This document shows positions 17,847 to 28,524 of a stretch of 64,000 nt of DNA, piece after piece (position 1 is the stretch's first letter; every line of letters starts with the position of its first letter). Under the pieces are notes generated by a model. It was not told the DNA's origin. It was given only the letters and a program-made list of their open reading frames with translations, and did no database searches. Origin of the DNA: a virus (taxonomy: Duplodnaviria > Caudoviricetes); the IMG/VR virus record IMGVR_UViG_3300042451_000960. One strand, 5' to 3'. The position numbers and the translations under genes are program-made.

Positions 17847-18389
17847 CTAACTATTTATTACGTTTTCTTCACCAAAAATCCCTTTGAACTCCGATGTAAC
17901 TACATTGTACATATATGGAAAAACATTACCTGTAATAAGTTCTTTATTTAATATATCTTGCTCTTTTATTTCTGTTCCTATTTGTACAGATTGTGAAAAG
18001 TATTCCCATTTAAATTTTTCAACAACATCTCCATTATCATCAAAATCGTAATAACTTATACTTTGACTGGTAATGTGATTGGTGTAAATTGGCACCTCAA
18101 CATTTGCAGATGATGTGAGTGGAATATTTATTAATGTTGGATATGTTATTGTTTCCATAGAACCACTTAACATAATATCAACACCAATAATATTATAATC
18201 CATAAAATTAACAGGATATTCTATTAATTCATTTGATTTTGCTCCTCTACTATTTGTATAAAGTGCAATTGTAGTAACTAAATTACCAGAATTTCTATTA
18301 TATCTAAAAGAATCTATTCTCCCATATAAAGAATCAAGTTCACCATATACAGTAGTAATAAATTTTGAACCTGTTATTGTAAATCCCAT
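17847..18389 (-). CDS. Hypothetical protein, probably tail-associated
   Basis: 180-aa ORF tightly packed between the baseplate block and the island. Confidence 0.65.
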   Translation of the reverse strand: MGFTITGSKFITTVYGELDSLYGRIDSFRYNRNSGNLVTTIALYTNSRGAKSNELIEYPVNFMDYNIIGVDIMLSGSMETITYPTLINIPLTSSANVEVPIYTNHITSQSISYYDFDDNGDVVEKFKWEYFSQSVQIGTEIKEQDILNKELITGNVFPYMYNVVTSEFKGIFGEENVINS

Positions 18390-18409
18390 AATTTATTTTT
18401 TATTAAATA

Positions 18410-18769
18410 TTAATCTTTTGGTTTTCTAAATTGTAAAAGATTTGGTAAATATAATGACAAAGCTTTCAACTTTTTTACACCCAAAAGTATTGATTTTGAA
18501 TTTGCATCTTTAATTTGTTCATCAGTACCAATTATTTTCCAGTCAATTGATGTAGTTTGATAAAATGTATTATTTCCAAAAACATCAAATGCATTCTGGT
18601 CTATTTCATAAACAGGTGCAGTTTCATCATTTATTTTTTGGACAAAATACCTTGTTATATATCCTCTCTTATAATCAAATTCATTTGGATTTGGTTTAAA
18701 TGCTTTGATTCTAATAGGTTTAAAGTTTATATCCTTTTTTATTATCTTATCGTATCTTTCTTTACTCAT
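18410..18769 (-). CDS. Baseplate-region hypothetical protein (start reassigned to 18769)
   Basis: MSKERYDK...KPNPNEFDYKRGYITRYFVQKIN; ATG lies 1 nt after the hub gene stop. Confidence 0.7.
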   Translation of the reverse strand: MSKERYDKIIKKDINFKPIRIKAFKPNPNEFDYKRGYITRYFVQKINDETAPVYEIDQNAFDVFGNNTFYQTTSIDWKIIGTDEQIKDANSKSILLGVKKLKALSLYLPNLLQFRKPKD

Positions 18770-18770
18770 A

Positions 18771-21065
18771 TTATTTTCTTTCAACTCTAAATCCACCTTC
18801 AACTTCAGTTTTCCAAACCATATCTTGTACAATATGCTTTACAGCAGTTACTTGAAAAAATCCTCCGGTTGCATATTGTCTTGGAATACCATTTACTTTA
18901 AATTTCTGTCCTCTTGTTATACCACTAACTCCATGTATTGTAAATGTAAATTTTATTGGTAGTAATGCTGATGTTCCTTGTTTAGATGTTTCATCAACTT
19001 TATCTTTTCCAAATTTGAGTGTATCAAAAACTACTTGGTCATTATAACAAGCTACATATGCAATTTCTTCTAATTTTCCAGAAGGAACAGAACTTACATG
19101 TTCAACTTTTGGATATATTCCAATTTTATTTAAAAATAACTGAAGATTTTTTTCTTTCAATTTTTCTTCATCTTCGGAAGTACCTCCTGTTGTTGTACTT
19201 TTAGTATTATCTGTTTGTTTTTGTTTTTTCTTAATTTCTGTTAATACCAAATCCTGCATACCTTTCGCAAATAGATTACCTTTTATTGATGGTAAACTAC
19301 CATTCATTTTTGTTGATAATCTATTACCTATAATTTGGCTCATTTTAGCACCACTCATTTCCATATCAAATGATGCATCCATAAAAATAGAATCACTACC
19401 TATTACATTAAAAGTAACAGGTTCTGAACCTACTTTGTCAGATGAAAGATTTAATTCAATAATATCTAATTGAGTTGATTTTTTATCATCGGATTCGTTT
19501 TCTATAATTTGAAAATCCCACATACCACCTGCTGCCGATGACATTCCGTTTAGAATTTGATATACTGCATCTTTTACTGAAAAGTTTTTTGATTCCAATA
19601 TTGGTTTAACAAAATCAAAATTTACATAAAGATTATCCAAATAACCCCATGTATAAGCTTCTCTTTGTAAACCTTCCACATCATCTTGACCTGATGGTTG
19701 TAATTGTCTTTCTGGTTTACTTTTACCAACGCCATTTTCAATCTTACCTTCTTCAGGAAATAAAACAATAGTTTCTCCATCTTTTACACTGCAATCATTT
19801 GTATTTGTAAATGTGGTTTGTGGACTATCCGTATTTGCTGCTTGGAATAATGAAAACGCTGGTGTAAACTTATTTGGTATTAATAGCTTCTTTTTATCAG
19901 TACTAAATATTTTTTGAAATGCTGAACATACCGTTCTATAAGAATTTACTGTTGCCTTTACATCTATATTTTTAAGTGTAAATGCTTCCAATCCCATTTC
20001 ATTAATTATAGCCATTAACGTACCAAATCTTATGAAACTCTCATCACCTACCAATTTTGTTCCAGATGGTACTTCAACATCACCTTCACCCGTTGATACT
20101 TCTTCATCATTTACAGACAATCCAAAAAATTCAGTACCACCACCTAAAGAATTTAAAGATTCTTTTACATTTTCATCAAAATTAATAAAATTTGCTGCAT
20201 TTGCTATTTCTTTATTACTTAACAAATTTTTTACAGCAGTTGATTGTCTTGAACTTGGTAGATTATTAAACATCATCTTAAATCTCTTTTTACCCAAATC
20301 ACTCTCACCACTTATTTCAGATGGTTTAAATGCTAATGTATCTTCATCTTCTCCATCTTTTGGAGCATCACCTTCAGCTTCGTGATTATCAGATGCCATC
20401 AAATATGCTGGTAGTTCGGTGAATCCCGTACACTTAATGTTTATATTCCATGTCGAACCTTCCATTGATATACTTCCACCTGTAATAAATCCTAAGTAAT
20501 TATCATACATCCCATTACACTTCTTTCTTTTTTCATTTACTTTTGTAAACGATTGATTTTCTGCAACATTTTCTGCAGTTAATCTAGCGCTATATGCGTT
20601 TAACGAATCCGGTACATTCCAGCCCCATTCTAAAAAAATAGTATAACCAGGTTCTAAAAAATATTTACATAATGTATTTAATTGTGCCTCAGTATATGCG
20701 GTTATTGTAAACGATGCTTTTCTACTTAAATTTCCAGCTCCCTCATCTATTTCAATTGAGGTAACATTTGGTTTTGGTCTATATCCAATATCACCACCAG
20801 AACTTAGTCCACCAATAATTGCACTGCCAGCCCAAGTTGTTCCCAAAGTTCCACTTGATGTACCAGAACCATAAACTGCTTTTTCTCCAGCAGCTGCAAA
20901 TAAAGAATAATTTGGATTTGAAATCATAGATAATCCACCCCCCGCCGCAGAAGAAATTCTAACCCATGCATTGTATTTATTTACTACAGATGGGTCTTTA
21001 ATTCTTTTATTTAATTCACCTCTAACATACTTTGGTACGTTAGAAAAATTAGGAAATGATGACAT
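18771..21065 (-). CDS. Baseplate hub-like protein (gp27/GpD-type)
   Basis: RPKPNVTSIEI...FLEPGYTIFLEWGW N-terminus and LLPIKFTFTIHGVSGITRGQKF...FQVTAVKH...WKTEVEG C-terminus; position after the LysM/GpX-like and tube-initiator genes. Confidence 0.6.
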   Translation of the reverse strand: MSSFPNFSNVPKYVRGELNKRIKDPSVVNKYNAWVRISSAAGGGLSMISNPNYSLFAAAGEKAVYGSGTSSGTLGTTWAGSAIIGGLSSGGDIGYRPKPNVTSIEIDEGAGNLSRKASFTITAYTEAQLNTLCKYFLEPGYTIFLEWGWNVPDSLNAYSARLTAENVAENQSFTKVNEKRKKCNGMYDNYLGFITGGSISMEGSTWNINIKCTGFTELPAYLMASDNHEAEGDAPKDGEDEDTLAFKPSEISGESDLGKKRFKMMFNNLPSSRQSTAVKNLLSNKEIANAANFINFDENVKESLNSLGGGTEFFGLSVNDEEVSTGEGDVEVPSGTKLVGDESFIRFGTLMAIINEMGLEAFTLKNIDVKATVNSYRTVCSAFQKIFSTDKKKLLIPNKFTPAFSLFQAANTDSPQTTFTNTNDCSVKDGETIVLFPEEGKIENGVGKSKPERQLQPSGQDDVEGLQREAYTWGYLDNLYVNFDFVKPILESKNFSVKDAVYQILNGMSSAAGGMWDFQIIENESDDKKSTQLDIIELNLSSDKVGSEPVTFNVIGSDSIFMDASFDMEMSGAKMSQIIGNRLSTKMNGSLPSIKGNLFAKGMQDLVLTEIKKKQKQTDNTKSTTTGGTSEDEEKLKEKNLQLFLNKIGIYPKVEHVSSVPSGKLEEIAYVACYNDQVVFDTLKFGKDKVDETSKQGTSALLPIKFTFTIHGVSGITRGQKFKVNGIPRQYATGGFFQVTAVKHIVQDMVWKTEVEGGFRVERK

Positions 21066-21074
21066 ATTATAACT

Positions 21075-21365
21075 TTATTTATTAAAATTTCTTTGTATCT
21101 CAATATAATTAGATGGTATTCTTAAAATCGTTCCATCTTTTATACCTAATGGTGCATTGTGAATATTATTAGCTGTTGCTATAATCCACCATAATGTTTG
21201 GTCTTTATAATATTGATATGCTAGTGTATCGAGTCTATCACCTGTTTCTGTTATTATATATACATCATCATCCCTTAATGGAATATTTGGATATATTTTA
21301 CTTCTATATACCTGCTTACCATCAAAGGTTTTTTTTATTTCGTTATTTTCGTATCTACTAACCAT
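21075..21365 (-). CDS. LysM/GpX-like baseplate protein
   Basis: YIITETGDRLDTLAYQYYKDQTLWWIIATAN...GTILRIP. Confidence 0.8.
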   Translation of the reverse strand: MVSRYENNEIKKTFDGKQVYRSKIYPNIPLRDDDVYIITETGDRLDTLAYQYYKDQTLWWIIATANNIHNAPLGIKDGTILRIPSNYIEIQRNFNK

Positions 21366-21380
21366 CGTATATTATGTTAT

Positions 21381-23768
21381 TTAAAAAGTACTTAATTCTG
21401 CTTCCAAATCATCAAGTGCATCTTTTGCCGTTTCAAATCCAGCACTTCTAAGTACATAAGTTTTTGCCTTACCAGTACCATCATATGCTACTGCTTCATA
21501 AAATCCATATTGATTTGGCCCCTTTGTATATAAATCCAATGGAATTAACGGCGGACCTGCTACTAAATATTTCTTTTCAAACTTTCCTCTTACATCAGAT
21601 ATTGTTGCTGTTTTTGCTGCAGCTGTATTTTCTACTTTTGGAACTTCAGCAACTTTTTCAGATTGTGGTTGACCGGGTTGATTTACGTTTGTTTGTGGTG
21701 CGGGTTGTGGTTTTGGTTGTTCTAATGTTGGCTTTTCCGCTTCTTCATCTCTTGTTGAAATTCTTTCATCATTGTTTGCGGATGAATTTACATCTGCTGT
21801 TTTTTCTTGATTTGCTGTTTGTTGATTACTTTGAACAAGTTTAACATTTCCGCCAATTTTCTTAAATCCATACAATTCACCACCATATGTGTTACTTGCA
21901 CTTTCAACAAATTTAAGAGTTATATCAACAGTTATTACTCTAGGTAATTTAAATTCATTTAATTTTACATTTGTTTTTCCAAAAGTAAAATCATTTTTTG
22001 TTTTATCCACATTTCCGATTTCCCATCCGCCATTATCATCAACATTATATGAAAGAGATTCAATAAAACATTCTTTTTCAACATATAAACTACCTAATGT
22101 TAATTTTAAGAATGGTGGAATCATATAACCCTGATTATATGCTTGTGGATATGCTAATTCCGTAAGAAAATTAATTCTTTGCCAAGCTGCTATATGTTCT
22201 ACTGCATTTGTTGAATATACTAAGAAAGTAAATGTTACACTTCTTTCAATACCAGTGTAGTTATAATAGTTAAATGGTGAACCTAAAAATTTAGCAGTAT
22301 CCCAAGTTGGACTTACAGTTTCAGAAAGTCCAGTAATAGTTGCCATAAAATTTACTGTGTTTATTTTTCTTCCGCTTGTTACCGAAGTAAATTTTAATGG
22401 AATAAAATCATAATCATCCAATGTTGTATTATCCGATATTTGTAAAGTAGGTCCTTGATATGGAGTTTTTTCATTTAATAAATTTGATTTAGTATCAATT
22501 CTATATCTATTTGCTAATGATGTTTTATTTACACCACTATCAACTTTTTTAGAAAATTTTGTTTTTCCTTCTTTTCTTGGTAATAACTTATACTTTACAG
22601 GTTTTTTATCTTTTATCAACTTTTCATTTAAATCAATTGCAGATTCATATAAAGTTGATGCATCGTTTCTTGATTTTATTTCCGTATTTAATGCATCTAC
22701 TGTAGTACCATATTGTTTTAAATTATCGTACTTATTTTCTCTTATTGAATCACCATCCGAAGCTGCTTGCTGAGCTAATCTTTGTTGACCTTCTTTTCTA
22801 CCATCGGCAACACTTTTTTCATTTTCTTTCTTTAATGCCGATAAAGTATCTTTTGGTGATAATCCATCAGGTGCTTTAATATTTCCCAATGCCTTTTTAG
22901 CATCAGGCTTTGGTGGAGTTTTTAAAGACTCACCATTTTGCGAAGATGATTGATTTTTAGCTTTTGCTTCATCTCTCATTTTTAATAATGAAGATAAATC
23001 ATTTCTTTCACTTACAAAATCATCTTCTAACGCCGGTTGAACAGTATTTGAATATTTTGATGTACTATCATACTGAACTTCTCCTTCGGATTTTGATGCT
23101 AAGTTTTGTGCTCCTTGCTTTGGTGCTCCAAATAATTTTTTCTTAACTTCTTTTTTTAGTAAATCAATACCAGCACCTAAAACTTGGTTTCCTATTTGTT
23201 TAGGAGTTCCTTTTGCATTTTTTGCTAATAATTTTCCAACTAAATTACCAGCAGCATCTTTTTTAATTTCTGCCAAAGTAATCATTGTATCCGATTCTTT
23301 GCCTTTTATAAACTTATCATTAGCTTTAATTTTTGTAGGAATCATATTTTCAGGAAACTCAATACCTATCTTCTTTGCTAATTCTAAACCTTTTGATTTT
23401 GCTTTGTTAAATGCATTTCCTAATATACCAGCATTTCCACCATCAGTAGGATTAACCGAATCTTTCATCGTCTTAACCATATCCGTACTTTGTGTACTTA
23501 ATCTGAAAATATCCGTACCATAAATAATTGGTCCGCCCAACTTACTTATAATTCTTACACCAGTTACTTCTTCTTCTATTCTGGTTTCTTTAGTTCTTGC
23601 TGATAAATTTCTTCTCGCTATTTGTACTGCCTTAAATGGCAATCCCATAGCACCAGTTGCTGAACTCAATGGAAGTTCTTTTGAATTACGAATATCGTAT
23701 TTCTTTTCGGCAGTTTTACCATCTGCCAATACTTTCGTCTTAAATAATTCTTCTATCGTCCTTGCCAT
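21381..23768 (-). CDS. Tail tube initiator/baseplate protein with a tube-like domain
   Basis: FMATITGLSETVSPTWDTAKFLGSPFNYYNYTGIERSVTFTF...PPFLKLTLG; directly after the tape measure. Confidence 0.6.
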   Translation of the reverse strand: MARTIEELFKTKVLADGKTAEKKYDIRNSKELPLSSATGAMGLPFKAVQIARRNLSARTKETRIEEEVTGVRIISKLGGPIIYGTDIFRLSTQSTDMVKTMKDSVNPTDGGNAGILGNAFNKAKSKGLELAKKIGIEFPENMIPTKIKANDKFIKGKESDTMITLAEIKKDAAGNLVGKLLAKNAKGTPKQIGNQVLGAGIDLLKKEVKKKLFGAPKQGAQNLASKSEGEVQYDSTSKYSNTVQPALEDDFVSERNDLSSLLKMRDEAKAKNQSSSQNGESLKTPPKPDAKKALGNIKAPDGLSPKDTLSALKKENEKSVADGRKEGQQRLAQQAASDGDSIRENKYDNLKQYGTTVDALNTEIKSRNDASTLYESAIDLNEKLIKDKKPVKYKLLPRKEGKTKFSKKVDSGVNKTSLANRYRIDTKSNLLNEKTPYQGPTLQISDNTTLDDYDFIPLKFTSVTSGRKINTVNFMATITGLSETVSPTWDTAKFLGSPFNYYNYTGIERSVTFTFLVYSTNAVEHIAAWQRINFLTELAYPQAYNQGYMIPPFLKLTLGSLYVEKECFIESLSYNVDDNGGWEIGNVDKTKNDFTFGKTNVKLNEFKLPRVITVDITLKFVESASNTYGGELYGFKKIGGNVKLVQSNQQTANQEKTADVNSSANNDERISTRDEEAEKPTLEQPKPQPAPQTNVNQPGQPQSEKVAEVPKVENTAAAKTATISDVRGKFEKKYLVAGPPLIPLDLYTKGPNQYGFYEAVAYDGTGKAKTYVLRSAGFETAKDALDDLEAELSTF

Positions 23769-23771
23769 TTA

Positions 23772-26645
23772 TTATACTTTTGCATATGAGTTAGAACCTA
23801 TCTTATCTACTATACCAGAGATTCTAGAAGTAACTTTAACACCATCCATACTTACACCAATCTTACCAGCAACCAAATCCGCTCTTAATCCTTTTATCTC
23901 ACCAATCAATTCATCCATTTTTTCATCTTCTTTATCACCACCACCAAATCCTAAAGCACCAGCAGCAGCGCCTAATGCACCCAATCCCAATAATATTGGT
24001 AATGCTAATAATCCAGCACTAGCCAATGATAAAAGAGAAAATGCTAAAACACTAATAGCTCCAGCTAAACCAAATATAGGTTGGTAATCCATTGATACCA
24101 ATTGTGATATTTGGTCCATAACCATAGGTAAACTTGTACTTAATGCAACCATAGCCGATGATAACACCGTAAATGCAGCTCCTAATACAACTATACCAGG
24201 TGCTGATAAAGCCATAAGGAAAAATAATGGTGCCATTGCTGCCAAACTCATTAATGGAGATAAATCAACACCACCCAATTGTCCTACTGCAGTTACAAAA
24301 TTTGGTAAAGCCGCACTAAATAAAGCAAGAGCTCCACCCAATGCTGTCATACCTACCGCTGCCATTAACATAAATGGACTTACTAAACCAAATGTTGTTA
24401 ATGCCACCGCAAGACCTGCCATACCTAATCCAAATCTTATATATGGGGCATCAACAAATGCAACCATACCAGCTGAGAATCCTATTAGTGCCGGCCCTAA
24501 CATAGCTAAACCTTTAGCAACTTCTTGAGATGCCAATCCAAAAACATAAAATGCTCCTGCCGCTAATAACATAGCAGCGGCTCCAATTAATATCATAGGT
24601 CCTGCCAATCCTAATAATGCTGCCACACCACCCAATAGTGCCATAGCACCAATTCCAATAAATACATTTGGCCAGTTTACTTTATCACCAAATTCTTGTG
24701 TTGCTTTAGCAAATATCCAAAGTGCCCCAGCCATAATTGCTACAGCCGCTGCTCCTTTTATTAATGATGATGCATTTATCTTACCAAATGCACTTGCTTT
24801 TTCAGGGCCACCTGTTGGTATTTCGGGTTTTACTCCACCACCACCAACACCTGCCATCAATTTATCTTTTAATGCACCAACACCTTTTCCTAATTTAGAT
24901 TCACCAATAGCACCACCAAATGCTTTACTTGCTTCAAGTAATTTAGTTGGTGCTATCATAGAAACTAAATTCTTCAATACTTGAACTGTTCCTTTTGCCA
25001 TTCCACCAATAGATGTACCAACTGCACCCAATCCCATATTTAATTGACCGGCTGCTATAACCATACCACCCATACCTTTCAATGCACCACCCAATGGGCC
25101 TGTAACAAATCCAGTTAATGCTTCCGTTATTGTATTCCATTTTTCTTCAACTACACCAGTTCCTTCACTAAGTTTATCTTGGTTAGCTGCCATTTTTTGG
25201 AATTCACTAACTGATATTCCTAATAATTCTGCGGTTTTCTTTTTAGAAAAAATATCCATTTTATTGAATTCCTCTATCCCACCCAATTCATCTAATGTTG
25301 CTCCAACAGCTCCTGCAATATCTTCTTCATATGCCAATGCTCTTGCTTTATCCAAATTAAGGTTTCTACCAAGCATCGCACCTAATTCCAATTCATTTGT
25401 TATAGATGTTTCAAAATCTAAAAGGGAATCGGTAACTTTTGTCATCGAATCCATTTCTACACCTAACTTAGCTGCTGCTACAGCTGCTTGAGCTATATTC
25501 TTTCCACCATTTTTACCATATAAAGCAAATGCTTCAGTTGAGTTAGCAACATCTTTCATTACCTTACTAATAGGAACACCAGCTGCTTTAGCCATTGATT
25601 TGGTAGTTGCTGCCATATCCACAGCAGTATCTGCTGACATATTATTCAATCTAGCAAAACTACCAACAACATTTGCCGCCTCATCACCAGTAATACCCAT
25701 ATTATTGGCCATAAGGTTTGTATTCAATTGGGTTGCAAATGATACATCTTTTAATCCACCAAATTGTTGTGCCAATGATGCCGCAGTTTCTTCAGCATCT
25801 TCAAATATTAAACTTAACCCTAATGCTGAAAATTGTGCCGAATCTACGAACCCACCAAACTTTTTAATATTTGCACCAAGTTTATCAGCAGCCATTCCAG
25901 CTCCAAATAAAGAAGTACCAACAAACCCTCGCCATCCACTAAATAATTGTTTTGCTGTACCTACGATTCCTCTTAATGATTTTTTTATACCATCGTAGGC
26001 ATCTATTTGCGATTGTATTAATTCTTTTTGTTCTGCCGATATTGTAGCATATTGTTCAGCTATACTAAGATTTGCGTCTTGTTGTGAAACGATTCTTTCT
26101 AATGCTTCAGCTTGAGCTAGAGTTAATTCTCCCATTGCTCTCTGCTGTTTAATAGAATCTAATATTTCATTTTTTTGAGCTTCGTATTGTTCTCTTATTG
26201 AATTTTGTGCTTCTACATTATCAGGTCCACTTTCTGCTAATGATTGTTGTAATGCATTTAATTTACTTACATCAGAAAGTGTATCATTCATTATTTTTGC
26301 TTCACTTTCAGATGCACGATATTGTTTTATTCTATTAGTTAAGTCTTGCTCAGCTATTTTTAATGAACTTTTTTGAGAATTTACTAAAGATGAATAAACA
26401 CCACTTATTGAAGATAATTCGCCAACTTGTTTAGCAGTTTCAACATTTATTTGTTTAGAAATTTGAAGACTTGTTTTTTGGTCTGCTAATTTTTTCTTTT
26501 GTTTTGCTGTAAGACGTTCTACTGCTGCATCCACTCTTGTTAATTGGTCAAGCTCCCTTTCAGTAGCTTCACCAATATCTTTTTTAAGTTGAAGTTGCTC
26601 CTGTAATGCTTTTTGTTGACGTAAATAATCTGCTGATGTTGGCAT
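23772..26645 (-). CDS. Tape measure protein (957 aa)
   Basis: Coiled-coil N-terminus, Ala/Gly-rich helical repeats, hydrophobic C-terminal segments; position after tube and chaperones. Confidence 0.85.
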   Translation of the reverse strand: MPTSADYLRQQKALQEQLQLKKDIGEATERELDQLTRVDAAVERLTAKQKKKLADQKTSLQISKQINVETAKQVGELSSISGVYSSLVNSQKSSLKIAEQDLTNRIKQYRASESEAKIMNDTLSDVSKLNALQQSLAESGPDNVEAQNSIREQYEAQKNEILDSIKQQRAMGELTLAQAEALERIVSQQDANLSIAEQYATISAEQKELIQSQIDAYDGIKKSLRGIVGTAKQLFSGWRGFVGTSLFGAGMAADKLGANIKKFGGFVDSAQFSALGLSLIFEDAEETAASLAQQFGGLKDVSFATQLNTNLMANNMGITGDEAANVVGSFARLNNMSADTAVDMAATTKSMAKAAGVPISKVMKDVANSTEAFALYGKNGGKNIAQAAVAAAKLGVEMDSMTKVTDSLLDFETSITNELELGAMLGRNLNLDKARALAYEEDIAGAVGATLDELGGIEEFNKMDIFSKKKTAELLGISVSEFQKMAANQDKLSEGTGVVEEKWNTITEALTGFVTGPLGGALKGMGGMVIAAGQLNMGLGAVGTSIGGMAKGTVQVLKNLVSMIAPTKLLEASKAFGGAIGESKLGKGVGALKDKLMAGVGGGGVKPEIPTGGPEKASAFGKINASSLIKGAAAVAIMAGALWIFAKATQEFGDKVNWPNVFIGIGAMALLGGVAALLGLAGPMILIGAAAMLLAAGAFYVFGLASQEVAKGLAMLGPALIGFSAGMVAFVDAPYIRFGLGMAGLAVALTTFGLVSPFMLMAAVGMTALGGALALFSAALPNFVTAVGQLGGVDLSPLMSLAAMAPLFFLMALSAPGIVVLGAAFTVLSSAMVALSTSLPMVMDQISQLVSMDYQPIFGLAGAISVLAFSLLSLASAGLLALPILLGLGALGAAAGALGFGGGDKEDEKMDELIGEIKGLRADLVAGKIGVSMDGVKVTSRISGIVDKIGSNSYAKV

Positions 26646-26650
26646 TTATA

Positions 26651-26857
26651 TTACAGCTTTTTTAATTGTTTACGGAATTCTTCTGATTCTTTTTTCATTC
26701 TCTCCATTCTCTTAACCACATCATCAGGTAATTTAGCTTTTTCAGCCTGCTTAATTATAGAATCAGCTGCTCCTTTTTTTAAACCATCAAAAAATGCGGT
26801 TATAAACTTATCAGTTGCATCAAGGATTCCTTCGTTTTGTATTTTTTTATTAGACAT
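26651..26857 (-). CDS. Small charged helical hypothetical protein
   Basis: 68 aa with its own TATTTATA motif (26877-26884); directly upstream of the tape measure. Confidence 0.65.
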   Translation of the reverse strand: MSNKKIQNEGILDATDKFITAFFDGLKKGAADSIIKQAEKAKLPDDVVKRMERMKKESEEFRKQLKKL

Positions 26858-26890
26858 AGTTCCCCTATTTATATTCTATAAATATTGGCA

Positions 26891-26926
26891 AATAAAAAAG
26901 TGAGGATATTAACGCATCCTCACTTT
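26891..26926 (-). terminator. Rho-independent terminator
   Basis: AAAGTGAGGAT / ATCCTCACTTT 11-bp stem followed by a U-tract on the minus strand; overlaps the stop of 26909..27139. Confidence 0.8.
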
Positions 26927-27139
26927 AGGTGTTTTCATTTTAGATTGGGCCTGTTTGGCCTGTTCTGCTTCTTTTTTCTTAAATTCAACTAACTTATTGA
27001 AATAAAATTTACGAAGGTAGGTTGGCATAAAATAAACTTCTGACCAAGTAAATCCATTACCAAATTGAACCATTTCCCAAATTTGGTTATGAAGTTGAAT
27101 TTTATAATCAGACGGTAGGGTAAAAAAAGGAAACCCCAA
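26909..27139 (-). CDS. Tail assembly chaperone, second frame (likely frameshift extension)
   Basis: Only a TTG start; overlaps the upstream gene across a T7 run; FFTLPSDYKIQLHNQIW...FTWSEVYFMPTYLRKFY. Confidence 0.65.
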   Translation of the reverse strand: MGFPFFTLPSDYKIQLHNQIWEMVQFGNGFTWSEVYFMPTYLRKFYFNKLVEFKKKEAEQAKQAQSKMKTPKVRMR

Positions 27140-27878
27140 ATGGGATGTCCAGCGCCTCCGTTTCGCCAGTAACCTCTGATGTAAAGTTGAATGTTAAATC
27201 TAAATCAGGTGAAATACTCTTTACATATGTTCTAAAAGCTTTTGTATCTCTTGCTAAAAATTCATTTGCAACCCATCTGTTTATATATCCTCTATCTTTG
27301 TTTCCATCAACGGATAAAATCATATATTTTAAACGAGTTGTTACATCAAACGCAGTAGAAGCGTTTTTATTTAATTTTTCTAATGCTTGAATTTCTTTTG
27401 TTATTTCTTGCTCATCACCATGATTTAATAACTTAAATTCCAATTGTTTTTTGGATGTTGGACAAATAAATTTATATTGGTTATTACCATTAAGTAAATC
27501 TTCATCAGTATCTTTGGTTTTAACTTTACCCAAATCAATTACTACTTTTTGCTTTTCCATTGAAAATGGGTCTACCATTTCAACTTCATAATCTGCACCA
27601 TATCCTAAAATACGTGTTGCTAAGAGTATTGCATTTTTGTCACCAATCAGTACATCATTCGGATTTACACCTGGTTCAACAAGAACCGATTCGAACAATT
27701 TATCTAATACTATACCTTTTTTAATAAGGTTTTGAGAAGCAAGAATATCTTCTTCTCTTGCGGTCATATACTTAATTTCCACTGTTCCCTTTCTAAGTGG
27801 ATGACCTTCTGGATATGCTAATCCTTTTGATGGAAGTTCAATTACTTCCGTAGGAAAATCAAATTTGTTTTCTGCCAT
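27108..27878 (-). CDS. Tail assembly chaperone / T4 gp26-like baseplate hub assembly protein
   Basis: FPTEVIELPSKG...VEIKYMTAREEDIL...IGDKNAILLATRILGYG; lies between tube and tape measure. Confidence 0.75.
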   Translation of the reverse strand: MAENKFDFPTEVIELPSKGLAYPEGHPLRKGTVEIKYMTAREEDILASQNLIKKGIVLDKLFESVLVEPGVNPNDVLIGDKNAILLATRILGYGADYEVEMVDPFSMEKQKVVIDLGKVKTKDTDEDLLNGNNQYKFICPTSKKQLEFKLLNHGDEQEITKEIQALEKLNKNASTAFDVTTRLKYMILSVDGNKDRGYINRWVANEFLARDTKAFRTYVKSISPDLDLTFNFTSEVTGETEALDIPFGVSFFYPTV

Positions 27879-27931
27879 AACTAAAGTTGTTTTTGTATAT
27901 ATAAATACATTAATTCAAAAAAATTGAAAAT

Positions 27932-27962
27932 AAAAAAGGGATACTTTTTGGGTATCCCTTTA
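27932..27962 (-). terminator. Rho-independent terminator after the tail tube
   Basis: AAAGGGATAC / GTATCCCTTT stem with a long U-tract on the minus strand. Confidence 0.8.
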
Positions 27963-27982
27963 TTTTTATAGTTTTTCTTAGA

Positions 27983-28471
27983 TTAGAATTCAAGAATTGC
28001 GTAATCGTAAGCCAATGTTAATTCAATAGTTGCAGGTTCGTTAGAATCAAATGCAACATCACCAAAGTTTGCAGATAAGATAAATGCACCTTTTAACTTC
28101 CACTGCTCAATCTTATCACCAACTGGTCCTAACATATAGAAATCTATATCTTTTTTATAGAAATCTGCGTATCCACGTCTACCAGTTACAGATTCGTGTC
28201 CTAAACGTACCCACTCCATTACCGCTTGTGCACCAGATGGTACAATTGGGTCATAAAGTGTAATGGTAATATCTTGCCACTCACCTTTTCCTTGCAATTT
28301 TCTTTTGATGTTGATGTGGTCTAATACAACAGGCTCAAATTGAATTGAAGGTCTTGCTGCTGCCTTTACCATATATGATGGAATATTGTCAATCTCCATC
28401 ACATAACGATTCTTCATCTTAGGTTCGAAGTTCGTATAGAACATCTTATCAAACTCTAGTATCTCTGCCAT
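27983..28471 (-). CDS. Tail tube protein (gp19-like)
   Basis: FEPKMKNRY...GKGEWQDITITLYDPI...EWVRL...WKLKGAF...ELTLAYDYA; immediately follows the sheath. Confidence 0.9.
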   Translation of the reverse strand: MAEILEFDKMFYTNFEPKMKNRYVMEIDNIPSYMVKAAARPSIQFEPVVLDHINIKRKLQGKGEWQDITITLYDPIVPSGAQAVMEWVRLGHESVTGRRGYADFYKKDIDFYMLGPVGDKIEQWKLKGAFILSANFGDVAFDSNEPATIELTLAYDYAILEF

Positions 28472-28524
28472 TTTATTTTCCTTTTATTTTATATTAATAA
28501 ATATCAGTTTGCTTCAAATTCATA

